From an uncultured bacterium (GTDB taxonomy: Bacteria > Fidelibacterota > Marinisomatia > Marinisomatales > UBA1611): a DNA stretch of 64,000 nt. The notes under the pieces were generated by a model, which ran no database searches, was not told the origin of the DNA, and worked only from the letters and a program-made list of their open reading frames with translations. Positions within the stretch are counted from its first letter, which is position 1. Every line of letters begins with the position of its first letter. The translations under genes were made by a program, and so were the position numbers. Of the stretch, positions 1 to 10,683 are shown one piece after another. Location of the stretch: assembly GCA_965660855.1 (NCBI GenBank), contig CBFIBM010000001.1, forward strand, positions 256,001 to 320,000. The letters run 5' to 3'.

Positions 1-636
1 GTTATAGATCCTATCAAAGTTGAAATAATTAATTATCCTGAAAACCAAAAAGAAACTTTGAAAGCGATAAATAATCCTGAAAATGCAAATGCAGGAAAGA
101 GAGATATTCCATTTGGGAGAGAAATATTTATTGAGAGAAATGATTTTATTGAAAACCCACCCAAAAAGTTTTTTAGGTTAGGAGTTGGGAGAGAAGTAAG
201 ATTAAGATATGCATATTTTATTAAATGTGTAGATGTAGTAAAAGATGAAAATGGAAATATCCTCAAAATTAAATGTACATATGATCCTGAGACCTTAGGA
301 GGAAAAGCTCCTGATGGAAGAAAAGTAAAGGGAACAATTCATTGGGTAGATTGTAATAAATCAGTTGATGCTGAAATAAGATTATACGATCGACTTTTTT
401 CTATTGAAAATCCTAATAAAAAAGACAATTTTTTAGATGCATTAAATACAGATTCTTGTATAATTAAAGCAAACGCTAAATTAGAAATTTCAATGGAAAA
501 TCCAGAAGAGAAAACATACCAATTTGAAAGAAACGGTTATTTTAAACTAGATAAAAAATATTCAAATAAAGGGAAAAATGTTTTCATCAGAACAGTCTCG
601 CTTAGAGATTCATGGGCTAAATTAAAAAATAAATAA
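1..636 (+). CDS. glnS: Glutaminyl-tRNA synthetase, C-terminal anticodon-binding part (5' truncated by window edge)
   Basis: Frame is open from base 1. Motifs FFRLGVGREVRLRYAY, RKVKGTIHWV, AEIRLYDRLF, YQFERNGYF and RTVSLRDSW are typical of the GlnRS C-terminus. Confidence 0.93.
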   Translation, partial: VIDPIKVEIINYPENQKETLKAINNPENANAGKRDIPFGREIFIERNDFIENPPKKFFRLGVGREVRLRYAYFIKCVDVVKDENGNILKIKCTYDPETLGGKAPDGRKVKGTIHWVDCNKSVDAEIRLYDRLFSIENPNKKDNFLDALNTDSCIIKANAKLEISMENPEEKTYQFERNGYFKLDKKYSNKGKNVFIRTVSLRDSWAKLKNK

Positions 637-701
637 TGATCGAAAAAATCTTCTCATGATTTTAACTGGATTAAACTGTTTTTTTCCCCTAATTTGAATA
701 A

Positions 702-2021
702 ATGATTGAATTCTTTAGAATATCAAGATTAATAATGTTTTTATTAATAGTGCGGTTTATCTCAGCTGCTGAGCCCTACGTAATCATTTACTTATTACCG
801 TTTGATAATACTCAAAATGATCCTGCTTTAGAATGGATATCCCCAGGATTATCCGATATGACTAAGGAACAGATTAAAAGTATCTACGGAGTTAAAATAA
901 AATCAAAAGAAGATTTAGAGATTATAATGAATGACAGATCTTTAATGTTGCAGCAGCCACGAGGATCAAGGAATTTACTTTTGTTGGGGAAATATAACCG
1001 AAAGCTTGATAAAGTTCATGTTACGATTCAACTTGTTGATGTAGCTAATTGGGAAGAGTTAGGAAAAACACACACTACTGAAGTATATACCAGAATACCT
1101 TCATTGAATAAAAGCGTTGGTGCATCAGTTATCCAAATGATAGAACCTTTTTTGCCCAAACCTCCAAAAACAAAAATATCTCCATTCCCAATGTATGCTA
1201 AGCCAGAATTACAAGATCAAAGAAATCCTGTGTCAACCCAAGCAGAAAAACTTGCTTCGGGCCTAGACAAACAGATAGCAGAACTAGAAGCTTCAATGGA
1301 TTATTTATTAGGTGCAAGAGAACGAAGAAAAGAAAAACCAAAAGTAGATGTTCCCAGGTTTAAATCAGGTGAATGGACAATGGATTTTGATGTTGATCGT
1401 AAGCTTAAGGACAATCCTGAAAATAATTCTAATACACAAATGCTAAGCAATGTATTAGATCAGTTGTTGACTAATCCTTATGAAGTTGAATTACAACGTC
1501 CAGAATTTGACTATCAGAAGGATGACGAATTGTACATGACAGTTAGGTTTCCTATAATATACAGGTTAAAGGATAAGATCTTAAAAGATATGTTATCTAG
1601 TCTGCCTTATACTGGGCTGCAACAAGATGGATCACTTACTGTTTTCTATTTTGACAGAACAAAGTTTAATTTTCCACAAAATCATGTGGAGTCAATAGCA
1701 AATGGTGATTTCAGAATTATCCCTGTTCTGAGGATTTTTGATGAAAATAGAAATACTTTAATCTTGGTGGCTGATACTCCAGAAAAATACTGGCATTCTA
1801 GGTCAAGCGATAAGGTTTATTACGTACCCCAACATCAATTTTCACCTCTTATTGATTTTACGGTTGGCGGTTGGTCTATTCAAGTTGCTATGGAGACTGT
1901 AGAAATTCAAGCCGTTTATGAATTTATATTACCTGTAAGTGAAATGGAATCCCTCAGTAATATTAGTTTGAAATTCATAAAAGAGAATGATTTAAGAGCT
2001 TTTCTTGATCCAATCCTTTGA
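702..2021 (+). CDS. Exported hypothetical protein with TolB-N/CsgG-like N-terminal domain
   Basis: 439-aa ORF with a hydrophobic N-terminus. LLPFDNTQNDPALEWISPGLSDM resembles the 'VLPF.N......W...G..D' start of TolB_N/CsgG-like domains. Confidence 0.55.
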   Translation: MIEFFRISRLIMFLLIVRFISAAEPYVIIYLLPFDNTQNDPALEWISPGLSDMTKEQIKSIYGVKIKSKEDLEIIMNDRSLMLQQPRGSRNLLLLGKYNRKLDKVHVTIQLVDVANWEELGKTHTTEVYTRIPSLNKSVGASVIQMIEPFLPKPPKTKISPFPMYAKPELQDQRNPVSTQAEKLASGLDKQIAELEASMDYLLGARERRKEKPKVDVPRFKSGEWTMDFDVDRKLKDNPENNSNTQMLSNVLDQLLTNPYEVELQRPEFDYQKDDELYMTVRFPIIYRLKDKILKDMLSSLPYTGLQQDGSLTVFYFDRTKFNFPQNHVESIANGDFRIIPVLRIFDENRNTLILVADTPEKYWHSRSSDKVYYVPQHQFSPLIDFTVGGWSIQVAMETVEIQAVYEFILPVSEMESLSNISLKFIKENDLRAFLDPIL

Positions 2022-2097
2022 AAATATAGTTGTTAAAATAAGGATTTATTACTATTTTCGGGATATATTTATTTATTCTGTAAGTGTAGGATTTTAG

Positions 2098-3231
2098 ATG
2101 AAAATACTTTTGTTAATTTTATTGTTAATGTCAAAAATTCAAGGACAGAAACTAGATGCAATTGACATTAATTTAAGAAACCTTAATGATGTCTTAGAAA
2201 CTGCACAAAGATCTTCTCAAAAAGTATTTGTTGACGATTTTACAGGCCTTTTGTGACCATACTGTCCCTCTGCGAGTTTCGCAATTTCAGAAATGTTAGA
2301 TTTATATCCAGAAACTTTGATTAGTGTCGAGTGGCACAGCTCAGGTTTTACTCCAGGAAATTCAGATTTTGATATACCAGCATATTCTACCAGGGCAGCG
2401 TTGTACAATGTAGGAGGTATTCCTCATACTCAATGGAATGGCGTTGTTTCAACTGTTGGTGGGTATCCAAATGGTAACTGGCAAGCCTTTATTGGAGAAT
2501 TTACAAATACCTATAATAGTATGGTTGGAGAAGAAACTCCATACAATATTGACATAAACGGTTACGCGGGTAATACTGTGAATTACGATGTTACGATTTC
2601 AATGGATTCTGATATGAGTAGCTCAAACCAGAAAGTTGATGTCTTCCTTGCTGAAGATAATATATGGTCTTATTGGAGCGGCGCAAGTTCATATCATAAT
2701 GCAAGATTTGTAGCAAGGGAATGGCTTTCTTCGGAGTATCTGAGTATCAGCAGTGCCGGCCAGAGTGAAACTTTTTCTGGTTCATTTGAATACAATGGAA
2801 ATTGGAATAGTGATAGCCTTTTTTTAATTGCTATTGTTCAAAACTATTCATCAAAACAAATTTATCAAGCCTCAAAAGTTAATATAAATGATATGGATCC
2901 GGATATTGATGATGATGGTATTTTGAATAATACTGATAATTGTATTGAAGATTACAATCCTCAGCAAGAAGATATTGATAACGATCAAATAGGTGATGCT
3001 TGCGATCCATGTAATAATTTAATTTATACTCTAGGCAACCCAAATGGTGATACAAATATCAATGGAGATCCCCTCATTGACATCATGGATGTCTTAACCC
3101 TTGTAGATTATCTTGCATTTGATCAAAATGAAAATATTTGCCAGGAACCAACTCTAAATATAAATCAAGATAATCATGTTAATATCGTTGATGTAATAAA
3201 TCTTGTTCAACTGATTCTTAATGGTGCATAA
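2098..3231 (+). CDS. Putative selenoprotein: Omp28-like thioredoxin-fold exported protein (UxxC) with TSP3-like repeats and C-terminal dockerin-like domain
   Basis: ATG 2098 gives MKILLLILLLMSKIQGQ...KVFVDDFTGLL-TGA(2254-2256)-PYCPSASFAISE, continuing in frame into the 2293..3231 ORF. The motif matches the Omp28-type 'v.vedFTg.wC.yCP', and 'YNVGGIPH' is the cis-Pro loop. The tail has DIDDDGILNNTDNC..CDPC and duplicated D/N-x-N-x-D..I.D dockerin loops. Confidence 0.85.
2257..2290 (+). promoter_or_regulatory. Candidate bacterial SECIS hairpin
   Basis: TGCGA(2271-2275)-GTT-TCGCA(2279-2283) is a perfect stem with a G-first loop 19 nt after the in-frame TGA. Confidence 0.65.
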
Positions 3232-3733
3232 TTTCTTAATAAAACCACTATTAAAATTTGTTTTTTTTAGTTCAGTTTTCTTTTCTTTTGCTCTTGCAAA
3301 AAAAGTTCCTGATTTAAATATTAAACTTATTGATGGATCAAAGACTACAATTCTAGAGCTTGCAGAAGATGGTCCATTATTAATTGATTTTTGGGCAACT
3401 TGGTGTGTTCCATGCAAAAAAGTGATGAAACATTTAAATCAATTTCATCTAAAATATGATGATCAAAATTTTAAGGTTTTAATGATTAATACAGATAGTC
3501 CTAGGTCTTTTGGAAAAGTAAAATCATTTATAAGATCTCAAGATTATAAATTTTATGTAGGGTTAGATCCTAACCAAATTACAGCCAGAAAACTTGATGG
3601 ATTAGTTATGCCTACTCTTATTTTAGTTGATGCAGGTGGGGAAATAACTTGGAGACATCAAGGTTACTCACCAGGTGATGAAAAAGAAATTGAAAATCAG
3701 ATTGAATTATTACTAAGTAAAAATACTAAATGA
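3221..3733 (+). CDS. TlpA/ResA-family thiol:disulfide oxidoreductase (exported)
   Basis: Signal peptide, LIDFWATWCVPCKK motif and MPTLILVD cis-Pro loop. Confidence 0.9.
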   Translation: MVHNFLIKPLLKFVFFSSVFFSFALAKKVPDLNIKLIDGSKTTILELAEDGPLLIDFWATWCVPCKKVMKHLNQFHLKYDDQNFKVLMINTDSPRSFGKVKSFIRSQDYKFYVGLDPNQITARKLDGLVMPTLILVDAGGEITWRHQGYSPGDEKEIENQIELLLSKNTK

Positions 3734-5682
3734 TATCAAAATTATTTAGGCTTAGTAAGCTTATTTTTCTTTTATGTTTTTTAACAGCTCAAGACTTTAG
3801 TTATAACGCCTCTATTAATTCAAGTTTTGGAAATAGTTATGATTTTTATTCTTTTTCAGAAAATAGGATAAACATCAACTTATTTTACAATAACTTTCAA
3901 AGTTGGGTTCAATATGAATATTCAAACCCACCCGACGTAGGTTTTCCAATTAATGATATAAGAAAATTTCGATTTGAATATCAAAATAAAGCTTTAAATA
4001 TTAAACTTGGCGACATTTATGAAATTTGGGGTAGGGGTTTAGTTCTTAATCAATTCGATGATCAACTTTTAGATTTTGACAATGGAATAAGAGGACTTTT
4101 TATAAATTATGGTAAAGGTCCGTTTAGTTTAACACACATAAATGGTAATGCAAATTTATGGAGTTACGGTCTTGATTTAAGAAAACCATATTATAATGAT
4201 AAGCATAATGTTATAGCAAACAGACTCCTTTATGAAAAAGGTTCCACAGTATTAGGCTTGACACATTTGATTTCTAGTGAAGAGCATTCCAAGTTAAATT
4301 TAGATGTAGTAGATGTGGGGCATACAATTAAGGGTATTTACGGTGATTATTCTTCTAATAATTTTGATATTTTTTTAGAATATGTAGATAAGGTCTCAAT
4401 CTCTAAAAATATAGTTTCAAATAATTTTCCAAATGATACCCTCAAAACAGGGTATGGTTTATATGGTAATTTGAATTTTTACTTAGGATCTTGGGGTCTA
4501 ACTACCGAGTATAAAAATTATTCTTTTGATTCGTTTATTAGTGATAAAACTCCAGATGATTATGGAAATCAAATTCAATTTCAACAAATGCCAACTTTAG
4601 GTAAGGAGCATAATTCAACGCTACTTGGTAGACTTAGCCATTATTATAATTTTAATGATGAAAGAGGTGTACAGTATGAGTTAAATGGATCATTTATAGG
4701 ACTGTCAATTAACCTTCAATATGCTCATTTAAGTAGGAATGAACAATGGTTTTCACAAAATGGCCCGTTTTCTTGGACAAATAAGATTTTGAGATCAAAA
4801 TTACCTAGTACAAAAATTAATACTAACCCATACTATGAAAACTTCCAAGAATTAAGTGGCTATCTGTTTGAAGATAAACTCTTTTTTAAGATTGGCAGGG
4901 GAGCAAATAAAGAAGTTTTAGGAACAAATTGGTTTTTTAATGGGGTTCAAACAGACACCTCTTATAGTTTGAGTTTTGCTTATGATACAACCTATTCGCC
5001 ATATGCTCCTGATTATCCAATAATTACGGTTGATAGCCTATATGACACATCTTCTGTTAGTTATAATATAAAAGCAGAGAATTGGAGAGAGAGTCAATCT
5101 TTTACGATTCCTGTTGAATTAAATTATACTATGTCAAGTGGATACTCCTTCGGAGTTGGTTTTCAGTACCAGGAGAGAACTTTAAATGAAAAAAGAAAAG
5201 GAAATTCTCATTCATATAATGTTGGAAATTCAAAATGGAATTTAGTTAATCCAGATGATTCAGACTATAAATCTACTTTAATTATATCTCAACTCTCTAT
5301 AAATGGTAAACCTAGGAAAATCCAACATAATCGTCTATTATCATTTACTTTAAGTAAAGCGCAGAAATGGTCAGTTACTATTACACAAGATTGGACTGAT
5401 GCATATGAGGTCCAATCATCTGATCCTTATTATAATCCATTAGAGGCAATAGTATATGGTGATTTAAAATATTTTACTGGGAAAAGAAATAATGTTTCTC
5501 CTCCTTCATTTATTCAAAATAAATGGGTTTCGGCAGAAGTATCATATAACATTAATTCATCTCAAAAAGTTTCAATTTTTTATGGATCTATTCAAGGTGG
5601 CTTATTCTGTAATAATGGAATATGCAGAATTATACCTGCATTCAATGATGGTATAAAAGTTGGCTATTATTTCAGTTTATAA
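3730..5682 (+). CDS. DUF6029-like outer-membrane beta-barrel protein with C-terminal CxxGxC motif (copy 1)
   Basis: Signal peptide, GDIYEIWGRGLVLN, QQMPTLGKEH, and C-terminal GGLFCNNGICRIIPAFNDG..YYFSL. ATGA-coupled to the TlpA gene. Family recalled from motif, not searched. Confidence 0.7.
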   Translation: MISKLFRLSKLIFLLCFLTAQDFSYNASINSSFGNSYDFYSFSENRININLFYNNFQSWVQYEYSNPPDVGFPINDIRKFRFEYQNKALNIKLGDIYEIWGRGLVLNQFDDQLLDFDNGIRGLFINYGKGPFSLTHINGNANLWSYGLDLRKPYYNDKHNVIANRLLYEKGSTVLGLTHLISSEEHSKLNLDVVDVGHTIKGIYGDYSSNNFDIFLEYVDKVSISKNIVSNNFPNDTLKTGYGLYGNLNFYLGSWGLTTEYKNYSFDSFISDKTPDDYGNQIQFQQMPTLGKEHNSTLLGRLSHYYNFNDERGVQYELNGSFIGLSINLQYAHLSRNEQWFSQNGPFSWTNKILRSKLPSTKINTNPYYENFQELSGYLFEDKLFFKIGRGANKEVLGTNWFFNGVQTDTSYSLSFAYDTTYSPYAPDYPIITVDSLYDTSSVSYNIKAENWRESQSFTIPVELNYTMSSGYSFGVGFQYQERTLNEKRKGNSHSYNVGNSKWNLVNPDDSDYKSTLIISQLSINGKPRKIQHNRLLSFTLSKAQKWSVTITQDWTDAYEVQSSDPYYNPLEAIVYGDLKYFTGKRNNVSPPSFIQNKWVSAEVSYNINSSQKVSIFYGSIQGGLFCNNGICRIIPAFNDGIKVGYYFSL

Positions 5683-5760
5683 AACCATTAATTGTTTCTT
5701 TTTATTAATTATCTTTTGAATTTTTCAGTTCCAAAAGTATATCGTGATATTTAAAATTAT

Positions 5761-6645
5761 GTGAAGAATTATATCTTAAGCATTCCTTTAGCAAAATTAA
5801 TTTTTATTCTATCTATTATTTTATCAAATACTATTTATCCTCAAATAGATATAGGTTCAATATCTCCTAATTTCACTGCTCCTGTATGCGCAAACGGTGA
5901 TCTCGAGTTATTCAACTTGTACCAACAAACTAATGGCAGTTTTAATGGTGGTGATTATAAAGTAGTATGGATCAATTTATTTACTTCTTGGTGACCAAGT
6001 TGCCAAGTGGAGGCTCCACTATCAGAAGAAATATGGCAAGAATATTTAAGCGGAGGGGAAGAAAAATTAGTTGTTATGGCAGCTGGGTTTGATTGGCATC
6101 AGCCTTATAGCTGTGAAGAATGGTCAACTGCATTTGGTATAACATACCTAATGGTAGATGATACAAATAATGAAGCATGGAATATTTATGGTGATGGCTA
6201 TATTCCGCATAATGTAGTGTTAGATCATAACATGCAGGTTCTATATACAAGTTCAGGATTTAACTCAAATGAAATAAAAGATGCAATCGATCTCGGCCTA
6301 TCTTATGTTCCAAGAGATTTAGATTTAGATGGAATTAATGATAACATAGATAACTGTGATGATATTTATAATCCTAATCAAGAGGATGTTGATGTAGATG
6401 GCATCGGTGATTTATGTGATAATTGCGATAACTATAATGTATTTATTTCTGGAAATACTGATGGTGGTTTAGTAAATGGAATTCCCATTTTAGATATTTT
6501 TGATGTGTTGAACCTAGTTGATATTGTTTTATTGGATGAATCTGGTACCTGTAGATCTGATATCTCAGATTTGAATTCAGATAATAATATTAATATTATT
6601 GATGTGATATTTCTTGTACAGGGGTTGTTAAATGGTGAATTTTAA
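5761..6645 (+). CDS. Putative selenoprotein: exported redoxin (UxxC) + TSP3-like repeats + dockerin-like domain
   Basis: ORFs 5761..5994 and 6007..6645 are in the same frame and joined by a single TGA (5992-5994), reading INLFTSW-U-PSCQVEAP. Paralogues at 13932 and 15002 read FTSWCGFC and FTSWCAYC. Confidence 0.9.
5995..6039 (+). promoter_or_regulatory. Candidate bacterial SECIS hairpin
   Basis: AGTGGA(6006-6011)-GGC-TCCACT(6015-6020) stem with the loop 17 nt after the TGA. Possible lower stem TTGCCA(6000-6005)/TGGCAA(6034-6039). Confidence 0.7.
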
Positions 6646-6757
6646 ATTCAAAAACTTAGTTAAGATTTAAACAATAAAAAATATTACAATTTAACATTCA
6701 TAAATGTTGATGTTTTTAAAGATTTAGATTAGAATTTATATATATATTTCTACATTC

Positions 6758-9700
6758 ATGAATATTTTTAAAAAAATGACCTTCTTCCTTCTGTTTTTTT
6801 CCTTAATTAAAGGTCAAGGTGATTATTCATTTAAAAATATTTCAGTAGAAGATGGACTTGCTGAAAGTACTGTAAAGATAATCTATGAGTCAAAACAAGG
6901 TTTTTTATTTTTTGGAACTGAAAATGGTCTTGATATTTTTGATGGTTATAAATTTAAAAACTATCATATGGATTCATTCGATAATGAATCAATTCTTGGA
7001 AATAAAGTTTCAGCTATTTACGAATCAAGTAATAATTTGATCTGGGTAGGAAGTGAGCTAGGATTTAGTTCATTTAATCCTTCAACACAAAAATTCAAAA
7101 GACCGTCATTAAGTAATAATAATATTACAAATCCAGAAAAAATTACAGAAGATGAAAGTGGGAAAATCTGGATTAAAGAGGCTCAATCTAGCCGTTTATT
7201 TAAATATGATTTTAATAAAGATATTCTTGAATGTATTTCATGTGATCAAATGAGCATCCTTTTTAATCAAACCATAAATATTCTACACAAATCGAATAAA
7301 GGTGCTTTGTGGATTGGTACTGATAAAGGTCTTTATTTTTATGATATTAATGATAAATCTATCAGGCCGATTGAATCAAAATATTCCTTAAGCATTAATG
7401 AGCCATATTATATTACATCAATTGAAAATGGATCAGATTCCATTTTATGGATAGGAACAAAACAAGGTCTTATCAAAATTGAAGAAAATAATAAGAGTCA
7501 AATTAAGATTTTTAAGAATTCGGAGGTTGAAAATTCTATCGTTTCTAACAAGATAAATGATATTAAATGGGATAATCTTAGGAATGAGTTATGGATTTCT
7601 ACTGTGGATGGAATTTCAAAATATTCACCTGAACTAAATTCTTTTTCTAACATTCAAGTAGGTCCGTTTGCTAATAGCATAATAGAAAATGATGTTACGG
7701 ATATTTTGATTGCTGAAAAGTCTGGAACTTTATGGTTTAAAACCAGAAACCGCTTTGGAATAAATAGTTTTAAAGCAACATTCAATGAATTTGAGGGGCC
7801 GGATACTTCAATTATGCATTTTGAACATGATCCTATTGATCCATTTTCTATTGCTGACAATGATATAACAAATTTTATTGAGGATAGAGCTGGCCACGTC
7901 TGGATAGGAACACGACAAAATGGGATAAGCTTTTATTCATTTTTGAAGCCTAAATTCTCATTGCTTGAATATGATCAAGAAAATGAATGGGGCCTCAAAA
8001 GTAATAAGATTTATTCAATTACAACCGATTCTTATGGTATGATGTGGGTTGCAACAGGGTTTGGATTAGAAAATATTTCTTCGGATGGTATTAGAGATTT
8101 TGAATTTGAAAAATCTTTTATTGAATCCAACCATGTCATGGATTTAGAGTTAGTAAATGATCAATATTTATGGGCGGCAACTGAAAATGGAATTCTTAGA
8201 ATTGATGTATTATCAGAAGAAATTATTCGATTTAACACCTCTCAAAATGTTAATAAAAAAAGATTAATTTCTGATAATTTTATTAGAGACCTGCTTATAA
8301 CAAAAAATGGTTCTATTTGGGCGGGGACAAAATCAGGAATTACAATAATAGATACAGTTGATTTAAGTGCTGTCAGTTTTAGCTCAGATTTTACTGCTAG
8401 GGTATTATACCAAGACGAAAGTGAAAATATATGGATAGGAACAGATTATAATGGATTATATCAAATACCATATGAAATTATTTCTGATCTAAAAAAAGAA
8501 GATATTTTTGAAGTAGAGGGTCATGTTTTTGACTCAGAGTTTTCTGATGGTCTATCATCTTCACAAATAACCTCTATAACTCAAGATACGACTGGTGTTT
8601 TATGGGTTGGTACAGCTAGTGGTTTAAATAAGTATATTGAAAGTGAAGATACCTTCTATCATTATTTCATGAAAGATGGTCTACCTAGTAACTATATTAC
8701 GGGTGTTATTGTAGATCAAAGTAATAACCTGTGGATAAGCTCTAAGAACGGTATTTCTTTCTTTAATCAGAAAGACTCTTCTTTTATAAATTATGGGGTT
8801 TCCGATGGAATAGGGAATATTGATTTTCATCAACATTCTTTTGAAAAAAGTATTGATGGAAACATATATTTTGGTGGGCCAAAAGGAATAACTAAAGTAA
8901 ATCCCTCAAATTTACAATATAATGAATACAAACCTCCTTGTTCAATTCTACGCATTAAAAAAACACTTTATGATGGATCTATTACTGAAGTTTTTCCTCA
9001 AAAAAGTTCGAAACTAGAAATTCAAAAGATTAATATAAATCATAAAGTAAAATCATTCTCAATCGATTTTGTTGCTCTGAATTATCATAAAACTATAAAG
9101 AATGAATATAGATATAAACTTCAACCTTTTGATAGGAATTGGGTAGAATCGGGGAATATTAAATTTGCATCTTACAATAATTTAGGTAGAGGAGAGTATA
9201 CCTTTTTTGTGCAAGGATCTAACGATGATGGATTATGGAGTCAGTCTGCTGTTTTAGATTTTAAATTTATTCCTCATCCTCTTTTAAGTTATGGTGCTTT
9301 TGGAGTCTATCTTGCACTAATTATATTTGGTGTATACTGGCTAGTTAAACAAAGAATATTAAAACAGCAATCTGAGGCTGATGAAAAGAGAAGAGCCGAA
9401 GAATTAGAGCAAGCTCGGGAATTCCAGATGTCACTAATACCTCAAAATCCTCCTTCTATCAGCGGATTTGAATTTGCTTTGCATATGAAAACATCTACGG
9501 AGGTTGGTGGTGATTATTATGATTTTTTTCCTCAAAAAAATAATGTTCTTTATGTAGTTTGTGGTGACGCCACTGGGCACGGTTTAAATGCTGGTATGAT
9601 GGTTTCAATTACAAAAGCAGGATTATTCGGATCAGACTTTAGTAATCCAGGTATTACAACTACTAGGTTAAATCAAACAATAAAAGCTATTGATCTTGGA

Positions 9701-10105
9701 ACAACAAGGATGTCTTTGAATATGGCTAAGTTTGAAAATGAATCCTTTGAGTTTACATCAGCTGGTATGCCTCCTGCATATTTATTTCGTGGTGAAACAA
9801 AGGTTGTAGAGGAAATTTTAATTCCTGGTTTGCCTCTGGGGTCTATGAAAAATGCTACATTTGATTCTGAGATATTTGAATTTAAAATAGATGATGCGTT
9901 AATCTTAATTTCAGATGGACTTCCTGAATGTGTTGACCATAAAGATGAAATGTTAGATTATGATGCAGTAAAGAACTGTATTGAAAAAAATGGGCATAAA
10001 TCAGCAAATGGCATTAAAGATGCCTTGATAAAATTGGGTGATGACTGGATGGACGGTCTAATGAATGATGATGATATAACATTGGTAATTATAAAGAGGA
10101 AATAG
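6758..10105 (+). CDS. Membrane sensor: two-component-type beta-propeller repeats + Y_Y_Y domain + TM + SpoIIE/PP2C Ser/Thr phosphatase
   Basis: Repeated 'LWIGT..GL' propeller motifs, YRYKL..FD..W/ASYNNL.RGEYTF (Y_Y_Y), a TM near residue 850, then EVGGDYYDF, GDATGHG, LISDGL and DDDITLV PP2C motifs. Confidence 0.9.
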   Translation: MNIFKKMTFFLLFFSLIKGQGDYSFKNISVEDGLAESTVKIIYESKQGFLFFGTENGLDIFDGYKFKNYHMDSFDNESILGNKVSAIYESSNNLIWVGSELGFSSFNPSTQKFKRPSLSNNNITNPEKITEDESGKIWIKEAQSSRLFKYDFNKDILECISCDQMSILFNQTINILHKSNKGALWIGTDKGLYFYDINDKSIRPIESKYSLSINEPYYITSIENGSDSILWIGTKQGLIKIEENNKSQIKIFKNSEVENSIVSNKINDIKWDNLRNELWISTVDGISKYSPELNSFSNIQVGPFANSIIENDVTDILIAEKSGTLWFKTRNRFGINSFKATFNEFEGPDTSIMHFEHDPIDPFSIADNDITNFIEDRAGHVWIGTRQNGISFYSFLKPKFSLLEYDQENEWGLKSNKIYSITTDSYGMMWVATGFGLENISSDGIRDFEFEKSFIESNHVMDLELVNDQYLWAATENGILRIDVLSEEIIRFNTSQNVNKKRLISDNFIRDLLITKNGSIWAGTKSGITIIDTVDLSAVSFSSDFTARVLYQDESENIWIGTDYNGLYQIPYEIISDLKKEDIFEVEGHVFDSEFSDGLSSSQITSITQDTTGVLWVGTASGLNKYIESEDTFYHYFMKDGLPSNYITGVIVDQSNNLWISSKNGISFFNQKDSSFINYGVSDGIGNIDFHQHSFEKSIDGNIYFGGPKGITKVNPSNLQYNEYKPPCSILRIKKTLYDGSITEVFPQKSSKLEIQKININHKVKSFSIDFVALNYHKTIKNEYRYKLQPFDRNWVESGNIKFASYNNLGRGEYTFFVQGSNDDGLWSQSAVLDFKFIPHPLLSYGAFGVYLALIIFGVYWLVKQRILKQQSEADEKRRAEELEQAREFQMSLIPQNPPSISGFEFALHMKTSTEVGGDYYDFFPQKNNVLYVVCGDATGHGLNAGMMVSITKAGLFGSDFSNPGITTTRLNQTIKAIDLGTTRMSLNMAKFENESFEFTSAGMPPAYLFRGETKVVEEILIPGLPLGSMKNATFDSEIFEFKIDDALILISDGLPECVDHKDEMLDYDAVKNCIEKNGHKSANGIKDALIKLGDDWMDGLMNDDDITLVIIKRK

Positions 10106-10116
10106 GTTAAACTCTC

Positions 10117-10683
10117 ATGATAAAAAATACAATTAGAATAATCTATTTGCTTATGTTTCTTTCACTTGGATATTCTCAAGAAAAAATACCAAACTTGAGA
10201 CTTAAAATGTTGAATGGAAAATATGCAAAAGTAAATGATTTTTTAAAAGATGGACCAATGATTATAGATTTTTGGGCTACTTGGTGTGAGCCATGTAAGA
10301 AACAGATGAAATATCTTAATATATTTAATAATCATTTTAAGGAAACTGGATTTAAAGTACTTGCTGTTAACACTGATACACCTAAAAGTATGAGTAAGGT
10401 TAAATCTTATGTCAGAACAAAAAAGTTTGAGTTTGACGTTGCAGTGGACCCGAATAGTCAGGTTAAAAAGAAAATGAAGGTTTTGCAAATGCCTACAACT
10501 ATTTTAGTTGATAAAACTGGACAAATAGTTTTTAGACATCAAGGATATTTACCTGGCGATGAACATGATATTCTTCAAGCTATTTATGGTTTAATGGATA
10601 AAAACAATACTAGTTATGAAAAACTTGATTTGAATAAGAACAATAAAAAACAAATTAAATCCGGTGCTGAAGTTGATTTTTAA
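10117..10683 (+). CDS. TlpA/ResA-family thiol:disulfide oxidoreductase (copy 2)
   Basis: Signal peptide, IIDFWATWCEPCKK and MPTTILVD. Clear paralogue of 3221..3733. Confidence 0.9.
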   Translation: MIKNTIRIIYLLMFLSLGYSQEKIPNLRLKMLNGKYAKVNDFLKDGPMIIDFWATWCEPCKKQMKYLNIFNNHFKETGFKVLAVNTDTPKSMSKVKSYVRTKKFEFDVAVDPNSQVKKKMKVLQMPTTILVDKTGQIVFRHQGYLPGDEHDILQAIYGLMDKNNTSYEKLDLNKNNKKQIKSGAEVDF

